Positions 24,720-37,380 of a DNA stretch of 64,000 nt are shown one piece after another. The notes beneath the pieces were generated by a model, which saw only the letters and a program-made list of their open reading frames with translations, had not been told where the DNA came from and ran no database searches. The DNA is taken from NCBI GenBank assembly GCA_964106915.2, contig OZ066915.1; one strand, 5' to 3'. This DNA is from Podarcis gaigeae. Taxonomy: Eukaryota. Position numbers and translations under genes: made by a program. Each line of letters opens with the position of its first letter. Position 1 is the stretch's first letter.

Positions 24720-27700
24720 ACCTAGGACACTTTATTCCCAAGCACCCACACTGGGGTTAGTTTCTGTACTCGGTTAGTGTTAAACTGCCTTGTGAAACCC
24801 AGCCATACAGGTGGGGTATAAATAATAAATTATATCATTATTTTTATTATTATTGCTTCATTCACTCACTTTCCACAAGGCACCCACATGTCAGCATCCA
24901 ATTGTTGTCCCCCGTGTTTCTTCTATGGTTCTTCTGCCTTTTCTCGGAGCTCAGAATATCTACTTTTAATTTTTTAATAGAACTGGTTCCAGTTTTTCTG
25001 CACACGCAGATAGCCATAGCTAGGCTTTTCCAATTCCAATGTGTGTGGTGTCTTGTCGGGCAGGTGAACATATCAGCAGTATCACACCTCCACTATCACC
25101 TCTATAAGGGGCATCATTTTATCAAGAATTCTTTATTATTCCCTTAGTTCCGATCATTAGCATCAAGACACGTTTTTGGCCATAATTATTTAAAAAGTTA
25201 AGTTCTTCACACAATAATGTCAAAATGAAAAGTGCCATGGTGCTAACTTTTAAGATTTAAGACTCACCCCTCTTTCTCTTCATTGCCATCGTTTCAGCAC
25301 TGCAGATTTTCCCTATCACTTTCAAAGACCTAAAGGTAATCTCATTATTGCACTTAAATAAACTAAAAAAAACTGACTATAGGAAATGGCTGCCCAAATG
25401 TCGTCCTCCTTTACCCATATAGTTGTGTGGCGCACAGTAATGTGGATGGTACGTAGCAGGATATACACATATAAAAGTTTCGCCCACCATGTTAATTTTG
25501 CATTTTTAAAACATAGCATTATAAACTCTCTGGTCAAAGTCTATACCAAGCCCATCACTCTTGAGTGATTAAGGGTCAATTTACATGATAAAATGTTTAT
25601 GTTGAGAAATCAGCATGAGCTGCTTTGTTCCATATAATCTTATCACATTACAGTTGTGCCCACATTTGGAATATTTTTGGGGGTGGGTGGGTGTCTGGCA
25701 AAGGTGTCTCGTCTAACGATGCAGCCACTCAGGTGAGAGGTTGCAGGGGACACTGCCCAGTCAAATCAAAGGAAAGACTCAAATTATGTAGGTGTAACAC
25801 AAACAGCCACATGGGTTAGCACTAATAAACGACCATTCTGTAGCCTTTTCAACAGAATGGACAGATGTGATCAGCACATTTACAGTCTTTGGCATCCCAA
25901 CACAATGGGTTGAGGGCTGACATCTAGCCTCAAAGATTCACAAAGCACTGCAAGCTGGAACAGGATAAGTAATTCTGAGGCTGATAATATTTTCTGAAAT
26001 CTATAAAGCCTATACACATCCCAAAATATCTGGTGAAGAACAAGGGACATAACTACATATCACCAAAAACAACATGTCTGGTTCTCCTTGTTTTCCTCAA
26101 AAATGGGGGGGGGGCTAGACACAGGGCTGTTTTGGGCTGCAACCACATTTTCCCTGAGGCAGCATTGCACTAAAGCATAACCTATTAAACACAAGAAAGA
26201 GCAATAATGATTGATGGAAAGAAGTAACCTCTATGGACCAACCCCACAAATAGAATGTAAACCTATCCCAAGTAAAGATTTACACTTTCAGAGAGTCTTG
26301 GAAAATTGCCCTCTTTGTTTAGCTTGGATCAACAAATAAGATTTCACTTAATTGGGTTAATTCCCATGTTGGCTTCATATTTCAGCCAAAAAAGAAACCC
26401 TGCAATTCTGCATGAAGGGAAGTGCATGATTAAGGGTGCTGAGGGATTTACTGAAACCATCCTGTTTATCATTATCACACCACGGCAACCTTTATTTTCT
26501 TCATTTGATCTTCTATATCTTCTTTGACGTCTCCTTGGCACTATGCTCCATGTTGCTTTCATAGCTACGTTTTTGTGCTGCCTGTTGGCAGAGAAACACA
26601 CTCTGTTCTAATCCAATTCATGACATGACATTCGGTCAAAGTAAACAAACTGGTCAGGCTGGGTGCAAATATTGCCCACTTCAATCAAGATTGGCAAAAG
26701 CGCTCAGCAAGTTGGATATGATTTCAAATCTAGCCTAAAGATATATTTGGGAAAGCAGACTGAGATAAAATATCCACAGCACAGCAAACTACTGAGGATT
26801 CAAGTGTTACTGCATTTGGGGGTGCTGATTCAGTTTGCTGCGGTAGGAAAATCCTGCTAATCCAACTAAAGGTAATAATATCACCTGCAGCCAGATTACA
26901 GTGTGAAAATAATGTTAGCTTCCTGTTGACCCTACAGGCACCACTGCTCTAGTTCCCAGACTTCAAGGAGGAAAAATACCTTACTAAGCAACACTCCCTA
27001 CCCTGTTGCCTTAGGGAAAACGGATGTCTGAAAGTCTCCACCATTCTGCTGCAGAGGCACATATGTGTTCTGTGCACACAAAAACTTCTTAAGGTGTCAG
27101 CTAAGACTACTCAACATAACGCAACACCAGATAAACCCTGTGCTAACCCTATTAAGCACCAAGGATAGCAAACACTGTAGGTGCCTGCTGCCAATCACAC
27201 AGAAAATTACCATGTCATTAGCCAAGGAAATAGCAAGTTGTGAGAGAGGCCTTGCTTCACAGTAGGTGTCACCTCATAGCTAACATGAAGCACTTTCCCC
27301 AACCAGCCCGCAACTCCACTCCTTCACAGCACGATGTGAACACCCTTCTAAGGTGCACAAAATAATGTGTATCCAAATGGCAACTGTTTACCAAGCACTA
27401 GGATATCTTTCTGAATACTGATAGCTAAATACAGCACACCTAAGGGACTAGATATTTCATAGTTCCTTCTCCCCTACAGGATTGCAAAAGGGACTTGAAT
27501 GCTCTTCTGGAGGCTTAACCATCACAAGAGCATCAGGTTAGGTTGAACTGTAAATTACTCCAGACAGACTAAGTTGCAACTAGCCCAGCACCAATGGAGA
27601 GTAATAGTCAAGTAAAAACACAGGAAGCTGCCAAGCACTGCCGTTAGGGAAACAAAAGGAACAAAACAAATCCCCTTCCTTTTGAGAAAATTCACTCTGG

Positions 27701-27834
27701 CTCAGGTGAAGCAGTTCAGAACAATGAGAACATGGAACCCAAAGAAAGATTGGTAAGCAAGCCCCGTTCATGGGAACCCAGCTAGAGATGCAGGATAAAT
27801 TCTCAGAGCAGAATGTCAAAATGACTAACCAGTT

Positions 27835-27840
27835 TTTATT
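27835..27840 (-). terminator. Probable MCRIP1 polyadenylation signal
   Basis: Minus-strand tgtaAATAAAaac ~1 kb after the stop. Confidence 0.5.
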
Positions 27841-28808
27841 TACAACACTCCTTAAAAGACAGACACAGACCAAGAGGGGACATTACAAAGGGAAAAGAAC
27901 AGCCACCATGCCCCTTGCCTACCCAACTCTGAGCAGGGTCCCCAACATCACTGCCTGAGCTGGACACAAACATGGGCACTACTGCCACTTGCCAGTGCCC
28001 AGCACACACCAAGGCTGTCCCCAGCCCTGCTGGGGCACAGGGGCTGGGCTCTGGGGCTAGCTCAGAAATGCTACCTGCCCCCCCCCCCTGGCTGGGGCTG
28101 CAAGTCAGCCAAGTGTAAAGACAGCAGAACCTGGAGCACCTGCTCAGCTCAGAATAAGGGTGTCAACTCAGTTTTATCCTATACAACAGAATCCCAAAAG
28201 AGTTTTCCCTTGGGAGACTTTGTACCTGGGTCCCTCAGCCTCTATCTTCAGCGTTTCGCCAATGTTGTGCCACAGAGCTGAGCAGATAGCATATGGAGAT
28301 CGTAGCACAACACTCTTTCATCCTCCAGTCTAAAAGCTCAGGTACTGTATGAGGAGTCAGTCTGAATTCTCACAATGTATTGATAGGGTGGACTACGAAA
28401 ACCCATATTGCTTCTGTCCCATCATTCTCTCTTAGCCTTGCCCTAAGAAGGGCTGGGCTTTGAGACGGGTATAGGGAGAGATTAGATATTGTTCCTGATT
28501 CTTCTGCCTTATTCCACACTCCTAAAACAGACAGGGTACACACCAACCTCTTGGCCACCATCAGAGTAAAATGTCATTTACTAAGGGGGAAAGGTAATTT
28601 CTGGGGCCAATTGTAGAATGAAGGCAGGCAGGCCAGGCCAGGCCAAGGGAAGCTGTGAAGAAAAGGCAAGAAGCCTATCCTTCCTTAGGGAATTCAGAGC
28701 CAGCCCCAGGCACAAGCCAGACCAAAGGAGGAAACCAACACAAAGTCATCAAATTCATGTACCAGTGGCCACACGCCAGCACTTGGGGCTGAGGCAGGCC
28801 GAGCCATT

Positions 28809-28873
28809 TTAGGATTTCTTAGCATCCTGTGTGTTCCGCCGCTTTAGGTCACTCAAGTCAACAGGTCTGAAAG
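28809..28873 (-). CDS. MCRIP1: MCRIP1 last coding exon
   Basis: gacag|CT TTC AGA CCT GTT GAC TTG AGT...TCC TAA. Confidence 0.95.
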
Positions 28874-31381
28874 CTGTCAAAAAATAAGAAAGGAGACACA
28901 ATTTAGGGTAAGATTCCTGACTACCAACATTGCTTTCCATCAATACTCCCTCCAGCCTGCCTTGATAAGAACAAAGATGCTAGCCTCCCCACCATCACCT
29001 AACAGTTAGTACCCTAAATTGGAATTCAGATCACAGGTAACCTACACACCTAATTAAATGGTTTGAGTTGGTACCTCAGACCTATTCAACACTGCAGGCC
29101 ATTACTACAACCCAAACCCAAGGGGTCTCCAGTTCTACCTAGAATGATAACCTAAATTCTTCAACCAGAAAATCTCTAATATGCAAGAAAGTAGGTACAT
29201 CTATATTCATGTACCTAATCAAATTCATGGACTATAACACTATCACTATATGTTTCCAACTATCCTCCTATACAAGTGAGTTTTCACCGTATGTCTGAAG
29301 AGCAAGAAAGATGAGGGCAAATGGGCTTCCCACGGAAACAAATGTCAGAGCCTGAGGCCAACTGCTGAAAAGCCCCTTTCATGCATAGCCATCTAGCTCA
29401 ACCCCAGAGAGAACCGGAAAAGGGCTTGAATTGAGTCAATAGACAGATCTGTATTGGAGCAGTCAGTCCAGGCCATATAAACCTTTAAAAGTCAACACCA
29501 GCACTTTGAACTGAGCCCTGAAACTATCTGGAAACCAATGACAACAATGCTTCTAGTGATGGGTTTCAGTTAGGAGTCTTTCAGCTGCATCTTAGACTCT
29601 ATGTTTTCAAATGCTCTGCAAAGCCAGTCCTACATCAGAGTAATCTAAACTGCCTGTCACCAAGGAGGTGTAACCATGACTAAATTAGACCTCTCTTTGA
29701 AAGGGGAAAGCTAGCAAAAGAAAACTCACTTTTCAGACTGGGGTTTGGCATCTTCTCCACATACTCCTCCACAAGTCCCCGTTCACCACTTGCCATCTGA
29801 TTGCGGAGATCCCGCTCCACACACTGCCATGCTGCAGAGAAGGGGAACAGTTAAAGTGGGGATAAAACTTCACATACAAACTTTAGCCCAAGAGTACTGC
29901 CAGCTTTTGGCACCCTAAGACAGCCTAGACACCAAGCAGTGGTCCCACCGTTACTACGGTAGAAGTCTTCAAATGCAAATAAAGAAGCAGGGAGGCAATG
30001 ACAGCTGTTGTTATGCTGGATGCAGAATCAGAAGACAAGTCTCACATACCCTCAGAACTATCCGTCAGTTCCAAGAGTTGGATTCATATCTAAACATTCC
30101 AATGAGTCTCATCTTCATTTTCTTCACTTTCCCGCACCCATGTTAAATACACGAGTAACGAAAAAATGACACCAGAACTGGCAACCGCATGAGAAACATA
30201 TGTTACATACAGGGTAAGAGATAAGGAAATGTGCTACTGACTCAGTGGAGATGCAGCAACTGAAGAGATCAGTCTTCTCAAATGTAAATACTGCACCTTC
30301 AGAGATGAAACGCACATTCTCCTCATGTGCAGGAGTGAAGATCTCACTGCTGTTGCTTGGGGAGCGAGGGCTGCTGTTTCTCTTGCCGTTGTATACAACT
30401 CGGGAGACAGGAGAACTGGAAGTGCAGTGGAGACCCCAGTGAGAGAGGAAACAAGACACTGATCTTTGCCACAAATAAAGAAGCAAAAAAGGAAGATTTA
30501 TGCTAGCTATCCTGGCAAAAGGATCCTTTAGCTCTACAGACCATTCAATGTGGCTGCTATTACACTTTTCAGAGAATGTGACCAATACAGACTGCGGTTG
30601 TGCTTAGTTGTCATTTACATCAGGAGTAGGCAGACTTCAGGCATGCAAAATCTACTTCTTTTTTTAACTAGAGCTCAATGATCCAACTATCACAGCCAAC
30701 TCACAAGAGTTGCACACTTAGAATTGAAGAACACTGAGCTCAGGAATTTGTTTTGAATATGAGCACTGAACTAAATTGAGCTCACAGTCCTTCTATATAA
30801 AAATCTACCTTGGGTTACCCCACCCTTTTCATCACTTGAGCCGCATGACTTCGGAGGGATGGTCACTTTTTTATTGTCAGTGCTAAGCAACTGGGAATCA
30901 AAAATCCTTATTGATCTACTTCAAATCACTCAGAGATCTATTCTGATATCCCTATGGCCGACCCCTGATTAGCATGACACCTTCTTATGTACAAAGTGTT
31001 AAACAGTTATTGTTTCAGACTCAAAACTAAAGTTATATAGACAAAGAAAAGAAACTTGGAGGAACTGACATCCAAACATCACCTAGTGAAGCTAGGTGGG
31101 GAGGTGAACACAAAGACCCATGCTAATGATCAGTTAAAGGTTCAATCAATGATATCCATTTACCTTTATTGCCCACACCATTCCTGAACCACTGTCAGCA
31201 GGTAGCAACACAGAAAGATTTTTGGTACATAACCGTGGTATACCCAACCACCAAAGACAGCAAAATCAGCACTGGGAGCTGAAAGTCTCCAATCATCGAG
31301 GAGTCAATACATTCTGACAGCCCGCTCAGTACTAACACAAGTTCAATTCCCACAAGCCCATAAGTTTTCTCACCTCGTCAT
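28809..31381 (-). CDS. MCRIP1: MAPK-regulated corepressor-interacting protein 1 (FAM195B), 97 aa
   Basis: Coding exons 31381-31374, 30415-30297, 29831-29730, 28873-28809 (294 nt). MTSSPVSRVVYNGKRNSSPRSPSNSSEIFTPAHEENVRFISEAWQCVERDLRNQMASGERGLVEEYVEKMPNPSLKTFRPVDLSDLKRRNTQDAKKS*. PXDLS CtBP-binding motif (PVDLS) and ERK-type SP/TP sites are present. Confidence 0.95.
29350..29700 (-). mobile_element. Decayed L2-like LINE fragment in a MCRIP1 intron
   Basis: aaagtcaacaccagcactttgaa...gtaatctaa resembles the antisense of L2 ORF2 3' regions; recognised by eye only. Confidence 0.45.
29730..29831 (-). CDS. MCRIP1: MCRIP1 coding exon 3
   Basis: tgcag|CA TGG CAG...AAA A|gtgag; WQCVERDLR...PNPSLK. 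Confidence 0.95.
30297..30415 (-). CDS. MCRIP1: MCRIP1 coding exon 2
   Basis: tccag|T TCT CCT...GAA G|gtgcag; SPVSRVVYNGKR...VRFISE. Confidence 0.95.
31374..31381 (-). CDS. MCRIP1: MCRIP1 start-codon exon, coding part (full exon ~31374-31434)
   Basis: ccagccATG ACG AG|gtgag; upstream acceptor ttgttttag at 31435. Confidence 0.85.
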
Positions 31382-31649
31382 GGCTGGCTTTTTCCCAACT
31401 CTGGCCCAAGTCCTGGATGTGTGGCTTGGCAGTGCTAAAACAAAGACAAGACACTGAGCTCAGTGGGGAGGACCCTCAATAAATCACACGGGTGGGGACA
31501 AATTGCTCCAGTAACCGACTTTGGATGGAAGCATCTATGCCCACCTCTGCTATTACATTTAAGGAGATTGCAACATCCGGTAAGTCCCACCCCATCGCTA
31601 AAAATCCTCAAATGTGTCAAAAAGCCCTGAAGCCCCCCGACCACCACTT

Positions 31650-32450
31650 CGGGACCCCACCGCCCTCCTCCCTGCTCCGAGTCCAGTCCCTAGAGGCACC
31701 TGCGCCTTGGGGCACCCCAATATTTCCCTCAACAACGCCCCCCCTCCAATCCGCAACCCTACGCTCCCCTCAGGCACGGAGTAGGGATGTCAAGCTTCGT
31801 GAGGGAGGTGCGGGGAGAGGGAGGCCCAAGCAGCCGCACTTCTTCTCCCGGCCCCGAACGACAACAAGGCAGGCGTGGAGTTTGGGGACTGCGCTACTAG
31901 GCCCAGAGGAACAGAAAGGGAGCACTTCCACGGGGGGCCGGGGAAGAAAGGGCGCCCCACTCGCCGCGGCCCCACCCTCAATTCCCCACCCCGCAACCCT
32001 CTTCACCTGGGCCCGGGTTAAGTCCCGGCTTCTCTCGCTGCTGCCAGGCCCGGGGCGGAAGAGAGCGCCTAGGCCGGGCTGCGCGTGCGCACTGCGGGCG
32101 AATGGGCCCGGGTAGCCCCTGCACCGAGTACCCGAGGGAGGAGGTTTCCATGGAAACCGAGCGGCTGGGCAGGGAGGGGTATCCATGGAAACGGGAGTGA
32201 GGGGTGGGGAAGAGAAGCTCTGGGAGACGTGGGAGAGGGCGGGGAGGGTCTCCAGAAACGGGGAAATGGGGCAGGAGCCGGAGCGGGACGGAGGCTTCTT
32301 AAAAGAAATCGCGTTTCCCTCCTTTGTGAGCTTCGCGAAGTCGGCATTGCCCAAAGCAGAGTCGCCACTTCCCAGGCTTGGGTCAGGATCCAACTGAGCG
32401 CTACCCGCCCCCCAATTTACCGTGTGTCCCGTTTTGTGGACGTTTGAGGC
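31650..32450 (-). promoter_or_regulatory. CpG-island promoter and non-coding exon 1 of MCRIP1
   Basis: High GC and CpG; likely donor ccag|gtgaag at 32007/32006; GC box and ETS (ggggcggaag ~32051-32061); NRF1-like gcgcgtgcgc; two X-boxes. Confidence 0.8.
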
Positions 32451-33876
32451 TTCTCTCCACATCCTGTTTTCATAATCATTACTCTCTAAGTCTACGCCAA
32501 CTAAGTGTGGGCAATTCTGTGATTACGGGGGGAAATCATTGACATGATTTCACACATTTACATTAACATTTTCCGTGTTTGTATTCGACTTGCAATCTGA
32601 AAAGAGCCTTCTCCAGTTTTCCGAGATCTAGCTCTCTTTGGGATGGCATTTAGGATGCATGGTTGACAGAAAGGATGGAGAAATTTCCCATTAATTAGGA
32701 AATGTTATTTTTTTTCTGGTGTAGGATTAATTTTAGACCTTGCCCAAGCCTTCAGGATAGGGCACACTATATAGATTGACACTTTCAAATAGCAATACAA
32801 AAGCAATCCCTTTCTCTCTCACACACTTGTAGTATTTTTAAAATTCGTTTTTTAACTTGCCCATTTGAATGGGTTTTTGTCATTACACAGTGTTCTGTAG
32901 AAGCATTTTAAAGTGCTGCATTCGGAAGGGGAATCATGGGAGTGGAGACTTCCTGGTTTAGTACAACTCCAACACATTAGGAACTAAGTTTTCAACAAAA
33001 GTCTCCTAAATTTAGCCAAACAAATGTAGGTAAAAATAAGAGAAAACCAGTTGTTTTTGCTTACTAGACAAGGGCAGATCAAAGATCCTTGCTGGACACT
33101 GAAGCCCTGACTTCTGACCAATCTTGTACATCACCTTGCTTATCATCATATTGGGCATTATCTGTGCCTATCATCTATTGCCAGGGCTAAAAGTTATTTA
33201 AAAGTAAAGCTGAGGATCTCAGGATGTTGAGCAGTGTCCCCAAACTTAATGCATGTGCAGTGTATTATAGAGTGAGCCCTGACAATAGCTCTGCATGGTG
33301 ATGTATGCTTAGATGGCAACCACAGTGACACCTAACCAAATATGTAGGAAGCCTGAAGCAACTGTGAGTTGTGCAGAGCTGCCCTACTTCTGTCACAGCA
33401 TGCTGACCCAGATGGTGCAAGTGATTCACTACTGATTTTCACCAAGAGACAAACTATCCAACTGGGAAGTAGTATTTAGCACTTATCAGGTGTCTCTGAG
33501 TGGACAAACCTCCAAGCATTGACTCTTCTCCAAGAAATGCCATATCTAATTTTCTTCCCGTCTTGTTCATGCATTTGCCAAGTCATTACTAAAGCCAACT
33601 CAAGTCATTTGGGACAAAAATAGTAAGAACTTTATTACAGGCCTCTTATTCCCCTTCCAAGTGATAGGTTGCAGGAACAACACCTCTGTACCTGAAACCT
33701 ATCAGAAAGAAGCAGCCACAAACAAAAGAAGCCCAATTATTTAATTTCTTCAAACTCTGTGGTGTACCATAGACTGTGCAATTATCAGAAACATTGCACA
33801 GCTGAGGGCTAATATCCACCATCTTGCATTGCCATTTCATTCTTCTGCCTTCCAGAGAAAAGAGCATGCAAAGATT

Positions 33877-34068
33877 CATAGAATTGTAGAGTTGGAAGGG
33901 ACCACGAGGATCATCTAGTCCAATCACCTGAGCTATAGTATGCTGCACATATTTTAAGTGCTGCAAAAAAAATACTCAAGTTGCATAATTTAATAATACA
34001 GAATTGTAGCATTGGAAGGGACCCCAAGGGTCATCAAGTCCAACTCCCTGCAGTGCAGGAATCTCAAC
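33877..34068 (-). mobile_element. Two adjacent CR1 3' tails (33877-33923, 33997-34068)
   Basis: Both read gaattgtag..ttggaagggacc...tcatc.agtccaa. Confidence 0.65.
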
Positions 34069-34478
34069 ATCTAATCTGAAACCATACCAGACCCTGCTTA
34101 GCTTTGCAAATGTGCTAACAATTTTATTACTGCACCACTAGGAGGACATTGACCCATACTTAACAGAATGAAATAATGGTGCAACAGGGACAATGTCTAA
34201 TGGACAACTTCAAGGTTAATACATGTCCTCCATCAAAGTTAAACAGCTAGATGTGTATGAATGAGAACTTTTAGGCATTAGTCACTATATCTTGTTCTGC
34301 TTTTTAAGCTGTTCTACTTTCCTTTAGAATTCATTTCCTCATTTCATATCCAAAATCTCAGGTGCAGCTAGGGAACAGTCTAAGGGCATCCTGGGAAACA
34401 AAGTGGCTGAGCAGTAAGTGTGGCTAGCCTTCCCAAGAATAGGGGGAAATAAAAATAACCCAAGGTTGTAGAAATTAC

Positions 34479-34484
34479 TTTATT
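34479..34484 (-). terminator. Probable PPP1R27 polyadenylation signal
   Basis: Minus-strand AATAAA ~640 nt after the stop, in T-rich context. Confidence 0.55.
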
Positions 34485-35123
34485 GAAAAAATAAAAAGCT
34501 GTTTCAGAGCCACATAAAAAATAACAGTAGAAAAGCAAATCTAGGAGCAAACATGTGAGACTTTATACATGACATTTTTAGGATAATATATACAGCAGAA
34601 AGATACCAGCTTGAAGTTGGGCTATTTTCTCTTTGTGATAATCGTGTGAGGATTCTTCAGGCCTGAATAGGTTGAATGTCTTTGAGAAAGCACTGTTCAA
34701 ATCAGTCATTGCCAGATAATAATTGGAAGGTGTATGTTCACACAAATTGGTACCCAGTCCAGTTCATTTCATAATCACCTGTGTGAACCTCCTGCACAAC
34801 AGTGCCGTTTGGGCCAGTGTGTCCCAGCCATTAGACTCATTTTAACTAAAGCCTGACCGTAGCAGGTACCAGAAAATGGGCCACATGGTAGAGAAGTTTA
34901 CATTTTCTGGAAGGGCTATCCCAAGCATAGCTCTCTGATAAACCCCAAGGTAGCCACTCTCATACATACACATTACAACCAAACTGTGGTCTCTTTTAGG
35001 AGGCCGTACACTCTTGCCAACGTAGTAGGGGCAACTTTGCTAGCCTCCCTGCAGCATGCAACAAATGCTGCTGCCTACCATGGAGGCTGAACTCCACATG
35101 GGAAAGAGCTGAGTGGCACTAGC

Positions 35124-35247
35124 TTAGTCTACTCGGGCTGCTTTGAAAAGCTCCACAAGCTCCTTGTACTCTGGGTCAATTAGGTCGGATGGCTTCTCCC
35201 CTTCATCATTGGTAGCATCACGCTGGGCCCCAAGAGAGATGAGGTAC
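35124..35247 (-). CDS. PPP1R27: PPP1R27 coding exon 3
   Basis: tgcag|G TAC CTC...GAC TAA. Confidence 0.95.
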
Positions 35248-36972
35248 CTGCAGGATTAAAGAATGAGGTGATGAGACAAGGACAGAATTGACACACATAC
35301 CCACATGCACAGTTTAGTTCAAACATGCAGTTTTCCCTATGCTTTCATAAACAAGATGATACAGAGGACTTGTGAATTGGCTGTTAGTTTCAATGTAAAG
35401 CTTTCCTCTTTCCATAAAAAGATCAGTCTTCTCTTATAGCTGGTTTCCATTCTTACCTTCTTACTTGAGATATCCTATATATTTGGAAGATATCATAGGT
35501 CACATAACACGCCAACACAAAACATCACTGCTAGTGTCCAAAGACTAGCACTACCTATTGGATGGTCATCTAGCCAACAGACATGTCATCATCTCAAGTC
35601 TAAGCCTAGCATTCACTGTTGAGCAAGCCCTATTTCCCTCCCCATTTTCCTTGGCCAAGTTTGTGGCCTGTCAAGAGAGGGTGGGCATGGCTAGGCTAGA
35701 GATTAAAGGTTAACATAATTTGCATCTCTGACCTTGCAATATCAGTGTGACCGTCACTGCAAGCCATGTGTAGGGGTGTCCAGCCGTCCTCATCTTTCTG
35801 GTTGATGTCAGCACCATATTTCACCAACAGCTTGACGCAATCAAGGTTCCCAGAAAGCACAGCTTCATGGAGGGCAGCCATACCTAATGGGAGAAGGCAA
35901 TGCATCAGCCACAACCTGATCAGCCATAATCTTAGGAAAACATCCCACAAAAAGGCAGCTGTGCTAACATGCTTGAGACAGTGGGGAGGAGTTGTCTAGA
36001 AGCAAAATGCATCTTTTTTCTCTCAGAAAACTAAACCAGGGCCTTTACATTTTTTAGATTGAATTATCTTATAAATGTTGGGGAAATGGCACACAGAGGG
36101 GACAATTTTTGGCCCACCAGGTTCTTTGCATGGAGAAAAAGAATATTATGTTAACCAAGGCTGAGTGAGTTCCAGAAACCTATTTGGGGAATTAAGTAAG
36201 CAGTTTGTAAGAACAGCACCTCGATCAAGGCTTCTATGGCCTTCTGCAGTACTGAGTCAACGTTACGAAAGTCAAGTGTGATGGAAGTCAGTAAGAAGCA
36301 AACACACTCTAACAATCTACTGGGCCATAGTAGCTGTAACTGTTGAAATTCCTGTGACTACTGGATTTCTTTTTTAAGTGCAGTCTTTCATGCTGAGATC
36401 ATAGCTGGGGGAAACGGCTCAAAGAAACACTGATTCAGCTTTATGGCTGGGCATGAAGCTGCTCTGTTCATCCTGCCACTGGATATATTGTTCTGTTCTC
36501 AACTCAGCAGCCATATTTTATTCACACAGGAACAAGCTGCATTAGCAGATTAGTAAAGGGATTTATATTTTCTCAGAGAGTGCGCTGTACATTGGCATAG
36601 TTTTCTTAGCATCTATCACCTTAGAATCTGTTCAATACCCAAATGTCTAGCAAAAGGATTTCAAGTGACATAGCTCCCTATACTGATGTAAGTGTTAGAG
36701 GGAAAAACATGACCTAGTTTGTAATACACAGCCTGACTTTGGGATTAGGCTCATTCAACCACCCTTCAGTTAGGTTCACCCACGTCCTACTTACCTGAGG
36801 GGTAGATAGTGTCCAAGGTGACCTTCCTGGCACGGATGAAACGGCCCACCTGCTCCAGGTCGCTCTGCCTAATATGGTCCAGGAAGAGAACGTCATTGGG
36901 GAAACGCACAGTTTTCAGGCCTCGGGTATATCGCCTATACCTGGGAAGTGAGTCTGGGTAGTAGTACTTCAT
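35124..36972 (-). CDS. PPP1R27: Protein phosphatase 1 regulatory subunit 27 (ankyrin repeats, RVxF), 150 aa
   Basis: Exons 36972-36795, 35883-35733, 35247-35124 in phase. KTVRF PP1-docking motif, then FPNDVLFLDHIRQ, AALHEAVLSGNLDCVKLLVKYGAD, GWTPLHMACSDG, YLISLGAQRDATNDEGEKPSDLIDPEYKELVELFK. Confidence 0.95.
35733..35883 (-). CDS. PPP1R27: PPP1R27 coding exon 2
   Basis: cattag|GT ATG GCT...GCA AG|gtcaga; ankyrin repeats. Confidence 0.95.
36795..36972 (-). CDS. PPP1R27: PPP1R27 coding exon 1
   Basis: gccacaATG AAG TAC...TCA G|gtaagt. Confidence 0.9.
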
Positions 36973-37199
36973 TGTGGCAGAGGTAGAAGGAAGAGCAAGA
37001 GACCAGCGAGACAGGACTGAAAAATGGTGTTGAGGAATAATAAAAAAAGCACACGGCAACCCAGACGACTTTGAAGTGTCTTGAGACCCAAAGGATTCTC
37101 TTCTCTGTGACGCTTGCACCTGAAAGACTGGTGGGATGTTAGCTATGGTTTCTGCTCCTGATACGACTTTCCTTGGAAAACACTGAGCATGTGTGGGTA

Positions 37200-37380
37200 A
37201 TCTCCTGTTGAGGACTGTCTATTTCCAGCAGTGTCTCCTGTTATATATCTTCCCCATGGCTATTTTGAGGATATTCCGCTCATGCTATTTGCCATGAGAT
37301 TTGGTAACTGAGCTGCCCTGCCCTCCAGCCTCCCCCTTTTGAATATAAGTCAGGGTTTCAATTTACATCCCACCTGTCGA
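37200..37380 (-). promoter_or_regulatory. Candidate non-CpG TATA promoter of PPP1R27
   Basis: Minus-strand ATATATAA (37241-37248), MEF2-like CTCAAAATAG (37260-37269), E-box CACCTG (37371-37376). Confidence 0.4.

Noticed and set aside
24870-25101. Minus-strand exon-like segment (tatag|...|gtgagt)
   Set aside because: Weak pyrimidine tract, stops in all three frames from the acceptor and no partner exons; at most a non-coding exon, unsupported without RNA data.
31492-32462. 207-aa (+) and 230-aa (-) ORFs
   Set aside because: They lie in the MCRIP1 CpG island, where stops are scarce; low-complexity P/G/R/A content.
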